DNA of 32,259 nucleotides, from the NCBI GenBank assembly GCA_018713065.1, contig DVFU01000107.1, positions 1 through 32,259 of the forward strand, given 5' to 3'. The position numbers and the translations under genes were made by a program. Position 1 is the first letter of the stretch; each line of letters begins with the position of its first letter. This DNA is from Candidatus Faecenecus gallistercoris (GTDB taxonomy: Bacteria; Bacillota_I; Bacilli_A; RF39; UBA660). This document shows positions 26,393-32,259 of this stretch, in pieces. The notes beneath the pieces were generated by a model. The model was not told where the DNA came from, did not search any database, and saw only the letters and a list, made by a program, of their open reading frames with translations.

Positions 26393-27271
26393 TTACTTCC
26401 TTCTTACCTTAATCACATCATCATTTTCTAAGTGTCCGACTAATAAAGAAGAGTCGCATTCATGATGAGACATGTTAGAAAGAACTTGCTCTTCATCAAA
26501 ATTAGCATAACAATATTTACAAAAGTGTTTACAAGAATTATAGACACCAATATCTACCATAGCAGCACAACCACAACCACGTGCTTTCCATGCTGGAAAC
26601 TTTTTTCCAGTTAATTGATACGCTTGCAACCTAGATACACATTCGCCTTCGACAAAACCGTATTTCACTAAATTATTTTTCTCAAAGCAAGTCTGTACAG
26701 TCATACCATGATTCTTGGCTATACGACTAAATTCTTTACCAATCGTTTCATAATCTGATTCAGTAAAAGGAAGAATTCCTAACATTTCCCAGTTTTTCTT
26801 TGAATTCTTATATTCGTCGATAAACGATACGATAATTTGTTTTACATAACCATCGAGTAAAGAGCACATCCGTTCGAATGCTTTCAAGTGATAAGAAAGA
26901 GAATATTTTTTACTAATAAAAATCGGATCATAACGAACAAAGACAAATTCCCTACCGAGTTCGTTAGATATTTGTTTAATCGATTCGATAATTTCCTCTT
27001 TCTTTATCACATTCGGCTCCACATCCCGCTTGTAAGGTGTCAAAGTGACTTGAAATAAAATCGGTTTATGAATCTCTTTTAAATAAGGCACGATTGGCTT
27101 AGGGTTTTTAGTACAGAACACAATCAAATCGACATCTTCAAAATAGATCCTACTTACTTGTTTCGGATAAAACGGATTTCTGACATCGACGAATCCTTCT
27201 CGATATCGTTTTAAAAACCAATCTGTATAAAAGGCCACAATGTCACATCTACCACTCACGTTTAAAATCAT
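26393..27271 (-). CDS. DUF1848 domain protein (radical-SAM-like, C-terminal CxxxCxYC)
   Basis: MILNVSGRCDIVAFY, FCTKNP, RYDPI, DIGVYNSCKHFCKYCYAN. Confidence 0.85.
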   Translation of the reverse strand: MILNVSGRCDIVAFYTDWFLKRYREGFVDVRNPFYPKQVSRIYFEDVDLIVFCTKNPKPIVPYLKEIHKPILFQVTLTPYKRDVEPNVIKKEEIIESIKQISNELGREFVFVRYDPIFISKKYSLSYHLKAFERMCSLLDGYVKQIIVSFIDEYKNSKKNWEMLGILPFTESDYETIGKEFSRIAKNHGMTVQTCFEKNNLVKYGFVEGECVSRLQAYQLTGKKFPAWKARGCGCAAMVDIGVYNSCKHFCKYCYANFDEEQVLSNMSHHECDSSLLVGHLENDDVIKVRRK

Positions 27272-27283
27272 ATTACCATCTCT

Positions 27284-27844
27284 TTACTTTTTTAAAATCA
27301 ATCGTTTGACCTCCTGCATATCATTTGCTCTTACTGCACCATATTCTTCGATAACAGAATCTGCCAAATCCAAATTATGATACGCCGTATACAAGATTTT
27401 CGTATCTGCATTTTCTAAATTAGAAAGTTTGTCATCCACTTTTACATCGCACTGTAAAACAGATTTATCTCCTAAAAAGACAAATCGATTGGGATCTAAA
27501 AACGGAAATGTTCTCGTTAAAAACTGATATTTATAATCGAGCAATACACCAGATTTGGACGCAACTTCCGGAATAATATAAGACGTTCCAATGTACACCT
27601 TATGATGCTCATTTAATTCTTTTAACAGTTCAGTAGCACCTTCTGTAACAGTCGCATAATCATATAAATTGTGCTGTAAGAAATACTCAAAAAAAGCCTC
27701 TTTATCAGGCACGATATCTTGCATGTAATACGTTTTAAAATCCGATTCCGTATAATGTGTTCCTAAATAAGAGTTAATCAAATATAAAAACCCTCCCGAA
27801 ACTAAAACATCATCCATATCAAACATAATTCTCATTTGTTCCAT
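27284..27844 (-). CDS. 5'(3')-deoxyribonucleotidase, NT5C-like HAD family
   Basis: FDMDDVL, K..FL...FPFL, DKS...DVKVDDK, TAYHN. GGAGG SD precedes ATG at 27844. Confidence 0.85.
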   Translation of the reverse strand: MEQMRIMFDMDDVLVSGGFLYLINSYLGTHYTESDFKTYYMQDIVPDKEAFFEYFLQHNLYDYATVTEGATELLKELNEHHKVYIGTSYIIPEVASKSGVLLDYKYQFLTRTFPFLDPNRFVFLGDKSVLQCDVKVDDKLSNLENADTKILYTAYHNLDLADSVIEEYGAVRANDMQEVKRLILKK

Positions 27845-27905
27845 AAGTCCTCCATTTGACTTTATTATAACAAAAGAAAAAAGACCGAACAAGTTTTTGT
27901 TCCGT

Positions 27906-28622
27906 CTATATTTTACGAAAAGCAACGACGATAAATGAGTTTTCCGGGTAGTAGTAACAAGTTTGCAAAAGTAAGATATCATCATCTGTTGAAACCGAAG
28001 CCCCCGTATCGTAAAGCGAGTTTTCTTTCAAATAATTTAAATGTGTTTGATACTCTTCTTCTGTAAACGATAACTTCATGTGTTCTACTTCATCTTTCAC
28101 AATCAATACAGCAAAAGCCTGATAACGATAGTAACCGTTCTCACTCCTAAGTGTCAAAATAGAATGTTCTGGATAAAAGGATTCATCCAAATACTGTTCT
28201 AAAATTTGAAACTCCGTATTGACGTTTCTAGAATTGTGTCCGTAGATTAATAACTTTTGATCGGTTAGAACATTCCGGTAATCTAGGAAGGTACTCCCCA
28301 TTCCATCAGGTTTTCCGCTCAAATCGTGATCTAAGTAAAACTCATTATCTTCTGCTTGCAACACAACGCTACTAAAATCCGTATTTTCAATTTCTATTTT
28401 TGCAATAATATCGTCATTTTGATACGTTTCTTTTAAAATCGCAATTTCGTTTTTGGTAGAAAATGGATTCGAAAACGAAACTGGCACCACATCGTGAGAA
28501 GGAGTCGGTGTAACGACCACCTCATACGGACTCTCAAAAAAGAAATTAGTGGAAGATAAAAAATGGATACAAATACCAATTCCAATCAAGGTGAAAGCGA
28601 CAATGAGTAATCTACGGTACAT
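27906..28622 (-). CDS. srtB: Class B sortase
   Basis: N-terminal TM, DNEFYLDHD, FLDYRN, LIYGHN, LLQTC catalytic Cys motif. Confidence 0.88.
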   Translation of the reverse strand: MYRRLLIVAFTLIGIGICIHFLSSTNFFFESPYEVVVTPTPSHDVVPVSFSNPFSTKNEIAILKETYQNDDIIAKIEIENTDFSSVVLQAEDNEFYLDHDLSGKPDGMGSTFLDYRNVLTDQKLLIYGHNSRNVNTEFQILEQYLDESFYPEHSILTLRSENGYYRYQAFAVLIVKDEVEHMKLSFTEEEYQTHLNYLKENSLYDTGASVSTDDDILLLQTCYYYPENSFIVVAFRKI

Positions 28623-29715
28623 AATCCGTCTTAGGTGGAGTTGGAACTTCTACTTCACCAGATACCGGCATATCGGTTCTCTCTAGTTGTAATTCCAAAT
28701 AAAAACCGATGTAATAATTCATATAGGTATTTGTAGTGTAACGACCGTTGATATAAATATGTGGCATGTTGATACTTGCTTCTTCACCCGACTCTAATTT
28801 TGCAAACGAATCTTGAAGCAACCGATTAGCATATTGATAAGAAGATTCTTTTCGCATGTAAGAACCGATGCTATAATTCTGACTATTTTCATCATTGATT
28901 TCTTCTTGTCCAAATGAGAATGCAACTAGTTTATTGTATAGATAGTTAAAGGCAAGTTCGATGACTTCGCGGTTACTTTCTCTTGCACTTTGCGTATAGT
29001 TTCCATCCAATAGTTCTGAGATTGCCTTATCTGGTAAATCCTCTAACTTCGTTGCGTTCGTGCCGTATTTTGCATTATAGAAATCCAAATAGTAAAGATG
29101 TAAATCGGCAACCCCATTTGGGTACTTTACAGGGTCTAACTGTGCGCTAATCGAATCATCTTGCACCATTTCTGACGTCAAATCAGAAGTTCTATCAACT
29201 CCGAAAAGTGCCTGTAATGCCGTGTTCTTCGTCCGGTAAAAACTGATTTCTTCTCGGATTGGAACACCAGAGAAAGATGTCGCGGAAGAGACGATGTCTC
29301 CTAAAACCGATTCATCGTAAATCGAAAAATCTTCGACACTTAGAACAAATGAATCATCGACATATGCATATTCATGGGAAGACTCGTTTCGAATATGGAT
29401 GATAAAACTATCGTTCATACCAGGTAATGCCGCATCTCTGATGTATCCATCCGGGACCAAAGTAATTCTTTCTTGGTCGAATCCTTCTGGAATCGTATAT
29501 GTAATCTCATAATGTTTTGACGGATTACCGTTTTCATCCACTACATCCGTAATGGTTACATCAGATGCCACAATCCCTTCTGTCATCTCATTCATCTGAT
29601 ACTGTGGTGCACTCCATTTGCTTACCTCTGCGAATACTGGTACTGCTAAAAAACTCCCTACCAACACTGCTACAGCGAAAAATACTTTACTGTACTTCCT
29701 AATTTTTTTCTGCAT
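28612..29715 (-). CDS. Secreted surface protein, putative sortase substrate (C-terminal PPKTD)
   Basis: Signal peptide ending VFA; acidic body; ends VPTPPKTDYVP; overlaps the srtB start. Confidence 0.65.
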   Translation of the reverse strand: MQKKIRKYSKVFFAVAVLVGSFLAVPVFAEVSKWSAPQYQMNEMTEGIVASDVTITDVVDENGNPSKHYEITYTIPEGFDQERITLVPDGYIRDAALPGMNDSFIIHIRNESSHEYAYVDDSFVLSVEDFSIYDESVLGDIVSSATSFSGVPIREEISFYRTKNTALQALFGVDRTSDLTSEMVQDDSISAQLDPVKYPNGVADLHLYYLDFYNAKYGTNATKLEDLPDKAISELLDGNYTQSARESNREVIELAFNYLYNKLVAFSFGQEEINDENSQNYSIGSYMRKESSYQYANRLLQDSFAKLESGEEASINMPHIYINGRYTTNTYMNYYIGFYLELQLERTDMPVSGEVEVPTPPKTDYVP

Positions 29716-29798
29716 ACATTTCCCCTTTCCGCTTCCATTATAGGAGAATGAAAATAAGAAAAATGTCGATGCAAGAAAAAAAGAACAAAAATGTTCTT

Positions 29799-30434
29799 TT
29801 ACTGATTTTGTAACAAAGACATACCTAAATCGTAACGATCCGTTTTGGCATATTCTGCATCGATGGCAGCAATGATATCATCATTCATAGAAGTTCCATA
29901 ACCAGAGAATGTTTGATCTCCAATGATGAAAAATGGAACGCCACCAATGTTAACATTTAGTTCTACTTCAACATCTTCCATCAAAGCTTTGTTCTCATTA
30001 TCGTACCAGGTTTCAAAAGTGTATAAATTGAATTTTGCTTTTTCTTGATCCGATAAACTTTGTAAAAATTCAATCAATTCTTCACAATGAGGACATCCTC
30101 TACCATAAAACAAATACATATTAAACGTTCCGTTAGATGCCTCTTTCACATCACTCAAATGAATATCCGATTGTAATTGTGGAACATCGCTATTATTATA
30201 TGTTTCACTACCAGAGTCTGCTGTAGCAGTAGGTGTTGATGTCGATGTACTAGCAGGAGTCTCATCTGGTGATGGTGTACTAGTTACATTATCATCCGAT
30301 TCAGAAGTAGCAGGAGTTTCTTGATTATTATAAGAAACTCGGTTGTTACCAGGGCCATAATTCACATATAAGAATACACCCAATAAAATAACGACAAGGA
30401 GTAATCCTCCTGTTATCAAATAATCTTTTTTCAT
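29799..30434 (-). CDS. Membrane-anchored thioredoxin/glutaredoxin-fold protein
   Basis: N-terminal TM, S/T/P-rich linker, FYGRGCPHC and GVPFFIIG motifs. Confidence 0.85.
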   Translation of the reverse strand: MKKDYLITGGLLLVVILLGVFLYVNYGPGNNRVSYNNQETPATSESDDNVTSTPSPDETPASTSTSTPTATADSGSETYNNSDVPQLQSDIHLSDVKEASNGTFNMYLFYGRGCPHCEELIEFLQSLSDQEKAKFNLYTFETWYDNENKALMEDVEVELNVNIGGVPFFIIGDQTFSGYGTSMNDDIIAAIDAEYAKTDRYDLGMSLLQNQ

Positions 30435-32259
30435 GAAAATTGAACACTCGCTTTCGTTTTATAAATTTGATCATTAATCTGTACATAGACAGAGTATGTA
30501 CCACGTAATCCCGCATCGTTAATGTACTTCGTAACGACAATACCATTTTCATTTTCTTCTTCCGTGAAGATGTCGACACAAAGTGCCGTGTAAGGTTTCT
30601 TACTAATTGGTACATTGTAAATTAATTTTTTTCCATTTTGATATAAAATGACATTGACGTCCGTTCCTCTTACAAATTGACCAGAGAATACAAGACGATC
30701 CTCTTCTCTCGTAATCGAAATATTATGAGATTCGTAATCTGAATCGATATCTTTGGCATCCAATACAAATCCATATTCCGTATCAGTTACTGTCGTTTCT
30801 CCTAAAGTTCCTAAACGACGTGCTTTTCCTAATGTAAAGGTTTCATTTTCTGCATATAAACTTAGCTTTTCAACACGATAATTATTTGTTGGTAACACAA
30901 TTTCAAAAATCACGTCATCATTTAACAATTCAACCGTATCAGAAACCAATCGGTCTGCACCAGAAATTCCAGCTGGTTGATTTGAGTTTTCTCCATCGAC
31001 ATAAACGATACCACCAGAGTGAACAATATAATGATCACTTGCTAAATAATCGACATCGGAAATGTATGGTGAATAAAATTCAGAACCACGTTCTTTACCA
31101 TATTCATAAACTTGACGAATGGTCATATCTTCCGTATTGATTTCATACATGACACCACGAGAGTAACTTTCCGTTGCAGGAACATAATCTTTTCGAATTT
31201 TAGATTTATTATTTCCATTATCAAAAATAAATACGTATCCTTCTGGTGTAATCATCGCAGCATGTTGACTCCATTGCCATTCAAAATCACCATCTCCAAC
31301 TGGTGTAAAGAAATATTTTTGATACTCTTCACTCCAATTAGTAGAATCTCCAATAATCCAATTTAATTCACCCGTCTCATAAGAAATATTGATGACGGCA
31401 TCTTGATGTCTTCCAGAAAGAGTAATAGAATTTGTTTTTTCATCGTACCAAACAGAATTGTTATGGAACCAATCGTAACTCGTCCAGTTCTCACTCTGAC
31501 CATCTTCCATATTTAAGATATTCTTTAAATCGAATGTTTTTACAATACGGCCAGTTGAACGATCCAATTCTACGATAACATCTTCCACTGTACCAGCATC
31601 GCTATTAAAGTCATCCGTTGCTACTAACAAGTTACCAGATGGCATTTCAAAATAATCGTGATGATATCCACCCGGTAAACTGTACTCGACATAAATCTTA
31701 CCAAGCAAATCGATCTCATATAATCCGGTCATGTAATAAGGAGAATTGACAAGACGTTCCGTACTAATCAAAATATGACCGTTGTCTAATCTCGAATTAT
31801 CCCAAAGTGCATAACTCGTTAAATACCAACGAACATCCCCATTGACATCGTATGCACAAGTATATCCTTTAGAAGACGGTGTAAAGAAATAAAGTTCATT
31901 TCCTAATTCAGATTTATCAGCAGTTACTGAAGTCGGTAAAATGAAATCATCTGGTAATTCTGCCGTCTCAATTTCAAATGTTTTAGATTCATCTCCTACT
32001 GTAACTGTAACTTCATTTACAGTTCCCGCATACAAACCGTAAATTGGCAAATAGTGCTCCGTTCCTTCTTCAAATGTATGGGTATAGGTAGTCCACTTAT
32101 CTTTTCCTTCAATCGTAACCGTTGGCGCAACACTCTCCTCTGTTTCAAACATGATAAGTGCAGTTAACGGCGAAATATGATATGGATCCAACACGACATT
32201 GGCATTTTCTAATGTATACCCGTCAGTCGTAAAATCCGCTTCATATCGTACTTGTTCCG
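30431..32259 (-). CDS. Aryl-sulfate sulfotransferase (5'-partial; runs off the window)
   Basis: PY..SPLTAL, PIYGLY, YHHD, DWFHNN, SGRHQ, SQHAA, FDNG motifs. The frame stays open to the window end. Confidence 0.9.
   Translation of the reverse strand, partial: EQVRYEADFTTDGYTLENANVVLDPYHISPLTALIMFETEESVAPTVTIEGKDKWTTYTHTFEEGTEHYLPIYGLYAGTVNEVTVTVGDESKTFEIETAELPDDFILPTSVTADKSELGNELYFFTPSSKGYTCAYDVNGDVRWYLTSYALWDNSRLDNGHILISTERLVNSPYYMTGLYEIDLLGKIYVEYSLPGGYHHDYFEMPSGNLLVATDDFNSDAGTVEDVIVELDRSTGRIVKTFDLKNILNMEDGQSENWTSYDWFHNNSVWYDEKTNSITLSGRHQDAVINISYETGELNWIIGDSTNWSEEYQKYFFTPVGDGDFEWQWSQHAAMITPEGYVFIFDNGNNKSKIRKDYVPATESYSRGVMYEINTEDMTIRQVYEYGKERGSEFYSPYISDVDYLASDHYIVHSGGIVYVDGENSNQPAGISGADRLVSDTVELLNDDVIFEIVLPTNNYRVEKLSLYAENETFTLGKARRLGTLGETTVTDTEYGFVLDAKDIDSDYESHNISITREEDRLVFSGQFVRGTDVNVILYQNGKKLIYNVPISKKPYTALCVDIFTEEENENGIVVTKYINDAGLRGTYSVYVQINDQIYKTKASVQFS

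Noticed and set aside
30200-30320. S/T/P-rich near-repeats (ETPATS/ETPAST) in the thioredoxin gene
   Set aside because: An ordinary low-complexity linker, not a DNA repeat element.
847-31366. Many short ORFs in the track that are antisense to or nested in long genes (e.g. 847-1092, 4172-4700, 5191-5409, 5822-6182, 8676-9099, 9343-9636, 10664-10948, 18632-18844, 20695-20907, 24144-25467, 30346-31366)
   Set aside because: They overlap well-supported genes, lack SD sequences or motifs, and look like shadow frames.

Overview
AT-rich bacterial chromosomal window read with the standard genetic code (TGA used as stop). Gene content and style suggest a gut low-GC Firmicute/Bacilli lineage, possibly RF39-like; this is an inference. 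It carries housekeeping and accessory genes: CAAX protease, metallophosphoesterase, two FtsX-type ABC exporters, map, gpmA, sugar O-acetyltransferase, hypoxanthine-DNA glycosylase, AraC regulator, TagD-like cytidylyltransferase, DUF1848, NT5C-type nucleotidase, class B sortase with a putative substrate, a thioredoxin-like protein and an aryl-sulfate sulfotransferase. A tRNA-Gly(CCC) has a very AT-rich islet at its 3' side. Two features stand out. (1) An AbiF/Abi_2 HEPN gene is bracketed by two inward-facing copies of one 30-nt RNA hairpin that differ mostly by compensatory base changes, which suggests a two-copy RNA-antitoxin system. (2) A dCTP deaminase is built from a 1-domain gene plus a 2-domain gene whose catalytic motifs are lost in a complementary pattern, which suggests an asymmetric pseudo-trimer with one active site. 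All family calls come from motif recognition by eye; no database searches were run.
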